A DNA stretch of 64,000 nt, from positions 990 to 64,989 of the forward strand of contig CAJARJ010000014.1 in NCBI GenBank assembly GCA_903944345.1, written 5' to 3'. This document shows positions 56,237 to 64,000 of this stretch, in pieces. The translations under genes were made by a program, and so were the position numbers. The first letter of the stretch is position 1. Every line of letters begins with the position of its first letter. This stretch comes from Candidatus Omnitrophota bacterium. GTDB taxonomy: Bacteria; Omnitrophota; Gorgyraeia; Zapsychrales; Fredricksoniimonadaceae. The notes below the pieces were generated by a model that was not told the DNA's origin, did no database searches, and was given only the letters and a program-made list of their open reading frames with translations.

Positions 56237-56273
56237 AAAAAAATCCCGGCATGAAGCAAACCTTCATGCCGGG
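56237..56273 (-). terminator. Rho-independent terminator downstream of pnp (12-bp stem CCCGGCATGAAG plus U7)
   Basis: Minus strand reads CCCGGCATGAAGGTTTGCTTCATGCCGGGATTTTTTT. Confidence 0.7.
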
Positions 56274-56280
56274 ATAAATA

Positions 56281-58407
56281 CTACGAATTCTTTTCAGCGG
56301 CCGCGATGGCTTTCTTGCGGCTCAGATTATAACGACCTTTCTCATCGACTTCGACAAGAACGACCTGAAATTCGTCTCCGACTTTAATAATTTCGTTCGG
56401 ATCCTTGACATATTTAACCGCCAGCTCGGAAACATGAACCAAACCTTCCTTGCCGGGCATAAACTCACAAAAAGCTCCAAAATTCATGATACGCACAACA
56501 CGGGCATCATAAATCGTTCCAACTTCCGGCTCCTGCAACATCGAAGAAAGGAACTTCATGACTTTATCCAGTGCAGCCTGATCCGGAGCGGAAACAAGAG
56601 CCTTACCGTCATCGTCAATATCAATCGCCGAAGCTCCGGTCGTTTCGATAATCATACGAATTGTCTTGCCGCCAGGACCAATAACTTCCCCGATCCTGTC
56701 CTGGGGAATCTGGATGCTGGCAATACGCGGTGCATAAGCCGACGTTTGGGGACGCGCAGCCGGAATTGTCCGGTTCATCAACGCCAAAATCTGCTCACGC
56801 CCTTCTCTGGCCTGATCAATCGCTTTGCCAAGAAGCTCAAGCGAAATATGACGAATCTTGAGATCCAGCTGAATAGCCGTAATCCCTGTTGTTGTTCCAG
56901 CCACCTTGAAATCCATATCCCCAAAGTGATCTTCCAACCCCTGAATGTCTGTTATCAGAACCGCCCGTTTAGCATCGGAAATAAGTCCGACTGAAATACC
57001 AGCGACCGGAGCCTTGATCGGAACACCCGCATCCATAAGAGCCAGCGAACCGGCACATACAGTTGCCATACTGGACGAGCCATTGGACTCAAGAATTTCA
57101 GATACAACCCTGATTGTATAAGGAAACACTTCCTGATCCGGAACAACAGCTTCAAGAGCACGATGAGCCAAAGCACCATGCCCTATCTCGCGCCGGCCGG
57201 GGCCGCGCATCGGCTTGGTTTCTCCGACAGAAAATGACGGAAAATTATAATGCAACATAAATTTACGGTAACTTGTACCGGTAATAGACTCCATTAACTG
57301 CTCATCAACCTTGGTGCCCAAAGTAATAATAGCCAGACTTTGAGTCTGCCCGCGGGTAAAAAGACCAGTTCCATGAGTTCTGGGCAACAAACCGACCTCA
57401 GCTGCCAGGGAACGAACATCTTTAAGACCTCGCCCGTCAGCTCTCAATCCACGTTCAAAAATATTCTTTCGCATAACATCATACTGCATCAGCTCAAAAA
57501 CACTCCTGACGTCATTTTCGCAGACTTCATATTCGGCAGTATTAAATTCGGCGTAAATCGCAAGATCCGCCGTCAGGGAAGCATAAAGTTCATTGGTTTT
57601 ATTCTCGCGATCTTTTTTGTCCGCGATCCCCTCGAGAATCTGCTCAAGCCTGGACATACCCAAAGCCCGAACCTTGGCAGAAAACGCCGCAGGCAAAGTT
57701 CTGGTCTTAATAACCTGCTTTTCCTTGCCAGCCTGCTTGCGCAGTTCATTCTGAATTTCACGGGAAGCCTGAAAAGAACTGTGGGCAAAGGCCAACATTT
57801 CCTTGATTTTGGCATCCGGAACTTGTTTGCCCTCTCCCTCGATCATAACAATACCATCAGCATCACCGGCTACAATATAATCCAGTTCGCTAAGACTTCT
57901 TTGCTCATATGAAGGATTGGCAATAAAATTTCCATCGACCAGAGAAACCCGTACCGCGCTGATCGGCGCTTCAAAAGGAATGTCAGAAACCATCAGGGCA
58001 GCCGAAGCTCCAATGATGGAAAGAATATCCGGATCAACAGTATCGTCAGCAGAAAGAACCGTGGCCACAATCTGGACTTCGTTTAACAGCCCCTCGGGAA
58101 ACAAGGGACGAATCGGCCGGTCAATAAGACGGGAGGTCAGGACTTCCTTTTCGGTCGGCTTGCCTTCCCGCTTGAAAAATCCGCCAGGGATACGTCCGCT
58201 GGCATACGTTTTTTCCTGATACTCAACGGTAAGAGGAAAGAAATCTATTCCCGCTCTCGGCTGCTTGGCAATACAGGCAGTCACCAGAACAATTGTCCCT
58301 TGACAGGAAACAACAACCGCACCGTTAGCCTGTTTTGCATATTTGCCCGTCTCAATAACAAGAGTATGGGCGCCGTACGGAACTTCTACACGTGCAATAG
58401 CCATCAA
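56281..58407 (-). CDS. pnp: Polyribonucleotide nucleotidyltransferase (PNPase)
   Basis: Two RNase PH domains, then KH and S1 domains (...GRYNLS). Confidence 0.95.
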   Translation of the reverse strand: MMAIARVEVPYGAHTLVIETGKYAKQANGAVVVSCQGTIVLVTACIAKQPRAGIDFFPLTVEYQEKTYASGRIPGGFFKREGKPTEKEVLTSRLIDRPIRPLFPEGLLNEVQIVATVLSADDTVDPDILSIIGASAALMVSDIPFEAPISAVRVSLVDGNFIANPSYEQRSLSELDYIVAGDADGIVMIEGEGKQVPDAKIKEMLAFAHSSFQASREIQNELRKQAGKEKQVIKTRTLPAAFSAKVRALGMSRLEQILEGIADKKDRENKTNELYASLTADLAIYAEFNTAEYEVCENDVRSVFELMQYDVMRKNIFERGLRADGRGLKDVRSLAAEVGLLPRTHGTGLFTRGQTQSLAIITLGTKVDEQLMESITGTSYRKFMLHYNFPSFSVGETKPMRGPGRREIGHGALAHRALEAVVPDQEVFPYTIRVVSEILESNGSSSMATVCAGSLALMDAGVPIKAPVAGISVGLISDAKRAVLITDIQGLEDHFGDMDFKVAGTTTGITAIQLDLKIRHISLELLGKAIDQAREGREQILALMNRTIPAARPQTSAYAPRIASIQIPQDRIGEVIGPGGKTIRMIIETTGASAIDIDDDGKALVSAPDQAALDKVMKFLSSMLQEPEVGTIYDARVVRIMNFGAFCEFMPGKEGLVHVSELAVKYVKDPNEIIKVGDEFQVVLVEVDEKGRYNLSRKKAIAAAEKNS

Positions 58408-58417
58408 TCACATCCCT

Positions 58418-58687
58418 TTATTTGCGTAAGCCCAGCTTGTTAATGGTCTCTTCGTACTTAACAGCATCTGTCTTTTTAAGATACGAAAGCAAGCGGCGGC
58501 GGCGACCGATCATCAGCAAAAGACCACGACGCGAATGGTAATCTTTTTTGTGGGTCTTGAAATGCTCGTTCAGATGATTGATCTTTTCCGTAATAAGCGC
58601 AGCCTGGACAGACGCCGAACCTGTATCTTTGGCATGCAGCTTGAAATCACGGACAACTTGTGTCTTTTTTTCCTTAACGGGACTCAA
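58418..58687 (-). CDS. rpsO: 30S ribosomal protein S15 (TTG start, ribosome-binding site AGGAGGAG)
   Basis: ...[52 protein letters not shown]... Confidence 0.9.
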   Translation of the reverse strand: MSPVKEKKTQVVRDFKLHAKDTGSASVQAALITEKINHLNEHFKTHKKDYHSRRGLLLMIGRRRRLLSYLKKTDAVKYEETINKLGLRK

Positions 58688-58765
58688 CGGTACTCCTCCT
58701 GATAACAAATATTAATTTTTTCTTTTTCCGATTGGCGGCCATTATACATATAGGGCCGAAGATAG

Positions 58766-59734
58766 TCAAGGACTGTTCTTGACCACCAGAGACTCTCTTT
58801 CAACCGGCTGAAATTCGTCGCTGCCAAAATGTTCAGGATACTCCCGCCATGGCCCCTCGCAAATATGATCGTGAATACAACGGCGGCACTGGGGGAATTT
58901 CATTTTCGCTTCATTCTTTCGAACAATTTCGAACTGCTCAATCCGCCACCCCTTATCCCAAAGATCAACGGGAGGAATGTACAGCTCGGAAACGGAATCT
59001 TCATATCCTTGCAAAAGACAGAAGGGCACTGCCTCCACCATGACCCTGATCCCTTTTTGTTTGCCGATCCTGATCCCTTCCCTGATATACGGGATAGCGT
59101 CCGTCTTCCTGGGCACGATTTCATCAAAAGACGAGCTGGCATGCCCCATGGCATGCACAAAAGCAAACTGCATGACGGACACGCGCAGACTGGCCAGAAG
59201 CTCGGCCAAAGCCGGTAAATGAGGATAATTGATTTTGGTCACCACACTATTGGTGAGAATCGGCACACGCCCACGGGCGATCTTGCGGATATTATGAATC
59301 CCCAAAACGGTCTGACGAAAACTTCCCGGGGCTCTGGTCAGCCGGTCATGAATTTCTGCGGTTGGCCCGTGCAAGGCCGGATTAAAGATCGTCATCCCGG
59401 CCAAAAGAATTTTTTCACAAAATGCCATGGACGAAAACATGCGCCCGTTAGTTTGCAGGTATACCTGCTCAAAACCCATTTTTCTGGCATGCGCCACCAA
59501 CTCAAAGATGTCCTCTCGGACAGAACATTCCCCTCCGGTAAACAAAACCTCCCGGGCACCATCCTTCCAGGAGTCGCCCATCTCCCGCATAATATCTTCT
59601 GTTGACTTGTCACCAAGGGTACGCTTGTCGGCGGCCACACAAAAATGACAGTCATTGATACATTTAAAACCGACAACAATCACAGCCCGCTTCTTGCGGC
59701 AACCGCAATGCTGCAAATTCTTTTTTACGGGCAT
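58766..59734 (-). CDS. Radical SAM enzyme with C-terminal SPASM/twitch-like auxiliary Cys cluster
   Basis: CINDCHFC (CxxxCxxC), a Gly-rich SAM motif VLFTGGEC, and C-terminal ...FCLL... QCRRCIHDHICEGPW. Confidence 0.75.
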   Translation of the reverse strand: MPVKKNLQHCGCRKKRAVIVVGFKCINDCHFCVAADKRTLGDKSTEDIMREMGDSWKDGAREVLFTGGECSVREDIFELVAHARKMGFEQVYLQTNGRMFSSMAFCEKILLAGMTIFNPALHGPTAEIHDRLTRAPGSFRQTVLGIHNIRKIARGRVPILTNSVVTKINYPHLPALAELLASLRVSVMQFAFVHAMGHASSSFDEIVPRKTDAIPYIREGIRIGKQKGIRVMVEAVPFCLLQGYEDSVSELYIPPVDLWDKGWRIEQFEIVRKNEAKMKFPQCRRCIHDHICEGPWREYPEHFGSDEFQPVERESLVVKNSP

Positions 59735-59751
59735 GGTACCTTCTTTCTCCC

Positions 59752-60297
59752 CTACTCCCCTTGTAAAAGAGGATCCGGCTCCATCTGCAGCTGGTTGCTG
59801 TTCTGAGTCTTGCGGGTCAATTCAAGAACCTTGACATTACCACCTTCGGCCAGAATCAGCAAAGGAGCCGATGTCTTGCTTGCCTCGGCGGCAAGGCCTG
59901 CGTTCATCTCCTGGATCGATGCCACTTTGCGGACAGGCTTACCGCCAGACGTCCGTGCTTCGAAAGAATCGATCCCGGCGACAAAACGCTCCACAAACTC
60001 GGCCGGCGGCTCAGCGCTTTTTTGATCAACAACTACCGTGCGCCAGCCATTCTCGTCAATAAACGGTTTTTCCGGGCTGGCCGCGGTCAACGGCTGATCA
60101 GACAGAACAACAGGCTTCAAATTTTCCTTTCGCCTGGCACGAAGATATTCTTCGACAGAGGCATATTTCTTTCCGGTAGCAAAAATTTCAATCTCCTGCT
60201 CCGGAAGCTGTTGCGCAAGGGATGCCGAACAGACAATAACCAGAACGGAAACGAAAAAAGAAATAAAGAAACTAACTGTTTGCGAAATCGATTGCAT
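59752..60297 (-). CDS. Hypothetical exported / membrane-anchored protein (181 aa)
   Basis: N-terminal hydrophobic anchor FFISFFVSVLVIVCSASLA, then a hydrophilic domain. Confidence 0.4.
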   Translation of the reverse strand: MQSISQTVSFFISFFVSVLVIVCSASLAQQLPEQEIEIFATGKKYASVEEYLRARRKENLKPVVLSDQPLTAASPEKPFIDENGWRTVVVDQKSAEPPAEFVERFVAGIDSFEARTSGGKPVRKVASIQEMNAGLAAEASKTSAPLLILAEGGNVKVLELTRKTQNSNQLQMEPDPLLQGE

Positions 60298-60327
60298 AGA
60301 AATAATGAAAAATACCCCAAAGAGCCT

Positions 60328-60528
60328 TCAGTTGAGATCACCTGCGGTCTGCTGCCTGATCATCCCGGCCGGACTAGCTGCTACATCATTAACCAGTCGA
60401 TGAAAAACCCCGTTCTGCGCCGCAAAATAAATGACGACTACAATAACCGCAGCAACAAGTATGATGTATTCCAACATCTGCTGGCCACAACGATTTGACC
60501 GGGAAAAATAAGAAAATTTTATGCACAT
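60328..60528 (-). CDS. Flp/Fap-type pilin-like small peptide (class III leader G/XXXXEY)
   Basis: MCIKFSYFSRSNRCG/QQMLEYIILVAAVIVVVIYFAAQNG...: a Gly, four residues, then EY and a hydrophobic helix. No tad genes adjacent. Confidence 0.4.
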   Translation of the reverse strand: MCIKFSYFSRSNRCGQQMLEYIILVAAVIVVVIYFAAQNGVFHRLVNDVAASPAGMIRQQTAGDLN

Positions 60529-60634
60529 AAAATCCTTATCTGCCTTAACCTACCAGTCCATCATCAGAAAAAGGACTGTAGTCCGGCTTTTACAACAAAT
60601 ATAACACGGTCAGAACCGAAACTCCAGCAAACAG

Positions 60635-62965
60635 TTAGCGGTTCTCCACAGCATTGAACAGACGATCATAGACTTTACGCAAATAATATTCCGTCCTGGG
60701 TCTGTAGTCCCGGTTCACCGGAAGTTTCCCGAACTTCTCCCGGATATAAGCCTGATCGCCAACAAGATTGCCCGCCGAATCCCCCTCCTGAATCTGCTCA
60801 AAACGCCGTATCTCGTTCTGGACATCATCCGGATACATCGCTAAAAGACTTTCTTTAAGCGTCACATCCAAACGCAGCGGAGAAACCGAAGCCAGACAAA
60901 AACTGCCATACAAACGGACAAATGGAAAAACCTCATGCAGGGTTCTGGGAATAATCTGGTACTCATTTGACCAGATCAATAAAACCCCTTCCGGAGCCAG
61001 ATGCTGCCTGATCAATTCAAAGAACTCTGCCGAATGCAAATTGTTGCTATACACTGTCGTGGCATGCAAAGGATCCATTAATACCAGATCATATCGCTCT
61101 TTACTGCCCAGTAAAAAGCGGCGGGCATCATCTATAACCAGCTTTAATCTGGGATTGGTCAGCATCTCGCGAAAGAAATCAATCTTGGTAATATTTTTCA
61201 TCAACGTACGATTGATCTCGACTAAAGTGATATTCCTCACCGACGGCATGTCGAGCAAAACCTCCGGTGTGGTTCCTGTGCCGTAACCGATCACCAGAAC
61301 TTTTTCCTGCTGACGGGTATGACTGACGGCCTCGATAGTTTTATGATAAAAATGCAGAGCCGGACGCCAGCCATGACCTACCCCGTCAATAAAGTTAATC
61401 AGCCTCCAGGCCGAACCCTGCGCGTAAACAACTCCCTCCACACCTTCTTCGAAAAACTCCTCTTCCTGGCGAATGTCTCCGGTGATCATGCTGGTGCCCA
61501 CCCGGAACACTTGCCTGTAAAGATCTCCACGTGCAGGAAAAAACAGAAACATACAAAACAGGACTCCCGCAATCAACGCCCCTTTGGGCATCAGCCCCAG
61601 GCGCAAGGATCGAGGCAACAAAGACCACCCGCCAAGAAGCATCCCTGCCGCAATAAAAAGCGCAAGCGTACGCTCTGTTCCCAGAAAAGGTAAGAAAACA
61701 AAGCCGGTCACAATTCCACCCAGCACGTTCCCGAGAATATTAAAAAAATACACCCTGGCCACAACACTGGCCTCGTGACCCGGTTTCCCGGAACAGAGAA
61801 AGGCTATAAGAGGAAAACTGGCTCCGATAAAAAGAGCGGGAACGAAAATAAAATACATCGGCCAAAGAATAAAATCTCCGACATAAAAACCATTAACCAG
61901 TGTTCTGGACAGCCAGGATAAAGAAGAAGTGTCCAGCGGCAGCAAGTCCAAAGGCGGATGCAGATTGGAGGTAAAAGATATCTCCGTAAGAATTCTCAAA
62001 GGTGTCTGCAGTGTTAAATAAAAAACAAAAACACTGGCCCAGACACTTAACGCAACTGCCGCCTGAATACCAAAAAAAAGGTGCCGACGATTAAGCGCGG
62101 GCCGCTTGTCCAGATAAAACTTCATCCCGTAACTGCCCAGAGCGATCCCGGCCAGATAAACTCCCAGCGAAGAAGAAAAATTATACGCCGAAGCTTTGGT
62201 TAAAATACTCATCAGCCGAAACCAGATAATTTCATAACCTATCGCCAGAAAACCGGAGACAAAAACCAGGAACAAGCCCGCTCGCCCCAGAAACTCCTCC
62301 GCACCCGGAATGTTATGCCCGGAAACATCAGGGGGCTGCTCTTGCCGTGCGGCCTGGGGCCTGGCGGAAAGTGCAGCAATCATGAGGGCCAGAACACAAT
62401 TTATTGCAGCCGCAATATAAACCGCCCGATCCAGGCCAAACAATGTGATAAAAACAAAACTTGCCGTCAGACAGCCGGCCGCAGCTCCTATGGTATTAAT
62501 AAAATAAAGATAACTGATCACATGAATAAAATCGCGCCTGATCCCGGTAAAAATCTTGATCAAGACCGGGAGAGTGATCCCCATCAACATGGTAGGTACA
62601 CACAAGAAAAGAAAAATGACCAGAAAAGACAGCCAGGTACCGGCGCCTGCCGTCTGGGCGGCCAATAACTGCAAAAAAGGCAAGCTGATAACACCGAAAA
62701 GACCAATCGCCAGCTCAATATAGAAATAAAAACGAATTCTGTTACTGAACTTCTCGGCACACAAACCGCCGATCAACGCTCCAGCGCCCAGGCCGAGCAT
62801 ATAAACACTGACAATGATAGTCGTGGAAACAGAACCTACCCCCCAATACAGCGTTAGCAGCCGCTGCCAGGCCACCTGGTAGACCAAAGACGCGAATCCC
62901 GAAAAGAAAAACACCAGCAGCAGAACATTTCTTTCCATGATCACCTCGGAAATATTGGAACGCAA
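60635..62965 (-). CDS. Fused polytopic membrane / spermidine-synthase-like (PABS) protein
   Basis: N-terminal FFFSGFASLVYQVAWQRLLTLYWG with about 13 TM helices, then a C-terminal aminopropyltransferase-like domain VLVIGYGTGTT... LVLMDP. Confidence 0.7.
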   Translation of the reverse strand: MRSNISEVIMERNVLLLVFFFSGFASLVYQVAWQRLLTLYWGVGSVSTTIIVSVYMLGLGAGALIGGLCAEKFSNRIRFYFYIELAIGLFGVISLPFLQLLAAQTAGAGTWLSFLVIFLFLCVPTMLMGITLPVLIKIFTGIRRDFIHVISYLYFINTIGAAAGCLTASFVFITLFGLDRAVYIAAAINCVLALMIAALSARPQAARQEQPPDVSGHNIPGAEEFLGRAGLFLVFVSGFLAIGYEIIWFRLMSILTKASAYNFSSSLGVYLAGIALGSYGMKFYLDKRPALNRRHLFFGIQAAVALSVWASVFVFYLTLQTPLRILTEISFTSNLHPPLDLLPLDTSSLSWLSRTLVNGFYVGDFILWPMYFIFVPALFIGASFPLIAFLCSGKPGHEASVVARVYFFNILGNVLGGIVTGFVFLPFLGTERTLALFIAAGMLLGGWSLLPRSLRLGLMPKGALIAGVLFCMFLFFPARGDLYRQVFRVGTSMITGDIRQEEEFFEEGVEGVVYAQGSAWRLINFIDGVGHGWRPALHFYHKTIEAVSHTRQQEKVLVIGYGTGTTPEVLLDMPSVRNITLVEINRTLMKNITKIDFFREMLTNPRLKLVIDDARRFLLGSKERYDLVLMDPLHATTVYSNNLHSAEFFELIRQHLAPEGVLLIWSNEYQIIPRTLHEVFPFVRLYGSFCLASVSPLRLDVTLKESLLAMYPDDVQNEIRRFEQIQEGDSAGNLVGDQAYIREKFGKLPVNRDYRPRTEYYLRKVYDRLFNAVENR

Positions 62966-62999
62966 ATAAAGCAGAACAGAATCAAACCCGAATGGCTGG

Positions 63000-63323
63000 C
63001 TAAAGAACGATGCGCTCGGACAAGGCAGATATGAAGGGTAATAAGACCTGCCGGCCTTTAAGAGCCATCAGCATGCCCCAAAAGGCCAACAAAAAACATG
63101 CAAACCAAAGCGGACGGGCAAGCCAGGGAATCAGAATTGTTAAAAGAAGCACCGCAACTTCACAAAGAAAAAGCGCCAGCCCCTGACGTGCGTGAGACTG
63201 GACAAATTGATCATCTTTACGATAAATCAGGGGAATTACGCAGAGAAAAAAAATGTACGAGAGAAAAGCGTAAACACGATTCTCATCTATCTTCTGAAAA
63301 AAAGGCACCGCAGACTTAGGCAT
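63000..63323 (-). CDS. DUF4870-family small membrane protein
   Basis: ...AFLSYIFFLCVIPLIY... ...HARQGLALFLCEV... Confidence 0.55.
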   Translation of the reverse strand: MPKSAVPFFQKIDENRVYAFLSYIFFLCVIPLIYRKDDQFVQSHARQGLALFLCEVAVLLLTILIPWLARPLWFACFLLAFWGMLMALKGRQVLLPFISALSERIVL

Positions 63324-64000
63324 TCAGTCCGACCTCAATCAGGGAATTCATATCACCAAAACCGTTGCTGACACGACGCTCATTGGCGGGATCCGATACC
63401 CAGCGGCCATCAACAACAAACTGGTACTGATATGATCCCGGCGGCAGAGACATGCGCAAAGACCATTTACCATCGGCCCCCTTCTCCATACGACACTCAT
63501 CATTGAGCGACCAGTCATTGAAAGATCCGGACAAATAAACCGACTGGGCTTCCGGAGCGACCAGTGCGAAAGTGGCCTGGGAAAGAACCTCCATCTCGCG
63601 GGAAACGATTTGCTGCATCTTCGGCGAAAACTCGGCAGACGAAGACTCCTGACGGGTGCGGCCTTCTTCGATGGCGATCAACTCCTTGGCCAGGCTGAGA
63701 TAATCCTTGGAACCACGGCAGTACTTGTCATAATGAATAACGGGCTTGCCGTCAACCGCAGCTTCCTTGAGCTTGACATTGACATGCACAATAGTTCCCA
63801 GAAGCATTTCGCCAAACTGGGAACGAATCTGATCGAGCATCACAAAAGAATGACGCAAACGGGAATCAAACATGGTCACCAGAACACGGGCCACCACCGG
63901 ATGATTCAGCCGGTCACGGATAAGCCGGACAATGTCCATCAAATGATCCACCCCCTGAACCGAAAAACGGCTCATTTCGACGGGAATCATAACCTCGTGA
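63316..64000 (-). CDS. ParA/Soj-family ATPase (5' part beyond window end) fused to a C-terminal AMPK-beta-type glycogen-binding domain (CBM48)
   Basis: The window-edge translation ...HEVMIPVEMSRFSVQGVDHLMDIVRLIRDRL... VLVTMFDSR... ...GKPVIHYDKYCRGSKDYLSLAKEL is a ParA C-terminal half. The tail VYLSGSFNDWSL... LPPGSYQYQFVVDGRWVSDP matches the AMPK-beta glycogen-binding domain. Confidence 0.75.
   Translation of the reverse strand, partial: HEVMIPVEMSRFSVQGVDHLMDIVRLIRDRLNHPVVARVLVTMFDSRLRHSFVMLDQIRSQFGEMLLGTIVHVNVKLKEAAVDGKPVIHYDKYCRGSKDYLSLAKELIAIEEGRTRQESSSAEFSPKMQQIVSREMEVLSQATFALVAPEAQSVYLSGSFNDWSLNDECRMEKGADGKWSLRMSLPPGSYQYQFVVDGRWVSDPANERRVSNGFGDMNSLIEVGLNA

Overview
This 64-kb window is a chromosomal segment of an unidentified diderm bacterium at roughly 50-55% GC, almost entirely coding and mostly on the minus strand. 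The core is a complete division and cell-wall (dcw) cluster: mraZ, a small extra ORF, rsmH, ftsL, ftsI, murE, murF, mraY, murD, ftsW, murG, a murC-ddl fusion, ftsQ and ftsA. No ftsZ follows ftsA. Around it are housekeeping blocks: rbfA-nrnA-truB-ribF, xerC/D, ligA, acyP, tRNA-Pro(CGG), fabZ, a riboflavin operon with nusB and a PHP phosphoesterase embedded, pncC, a yccA-pgpA-pgsA-rimO-rodZ-ftsK operon, and pnp-rpsO. The accessory content lies at 1-14.6 kb, 45.7-48.4 kb and 58.7-64 kb.

- The left end holds a TpsB/ShlB-type two-partner-secretion transporter with an internally duplicated POTRA module. A coiled-coil lipoprotein is transcribed divergently from it.
- Next is one operon encoding an ECF sigma factor, a zinc-finger anti-sigma factor, a CpxP/Spy-like chaperone and a TolC-MacA-MacB-like tripartite exporter.
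- Divergent from that operon is a roughly 900-aa signal-peptide protein. Its C-terminal region carries the motif series of RelA/SpoT (RSH) nucleotide-pyrophosphokinases. This is a candidate secreted toxSAS-like effector and the strongest novelty candidate in the window. A convergent Pif1-family helicase with a C-terminal WYL domain follows.
- A low-GC island carries a YfhO-like polytopic membrane protein.
- The right end has a radical-SAM/SPASM enzyme next to a secreted protein and an Flp-type (G/XXXXEY) pilin-like peptide, then a fused membrane/spermidine-synthase protein and a DUF4870 protein. The last gene, truncated by the window edge, is a ParA-like ATPase fused to an AMPK-beta-type glycogen-binding domain (CBM48).

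No CRISPR arrays, rRNA genes, IS elements or prophage genes were seen. Every call comes from reading the translations and the DNA by eye, and no database search was run.
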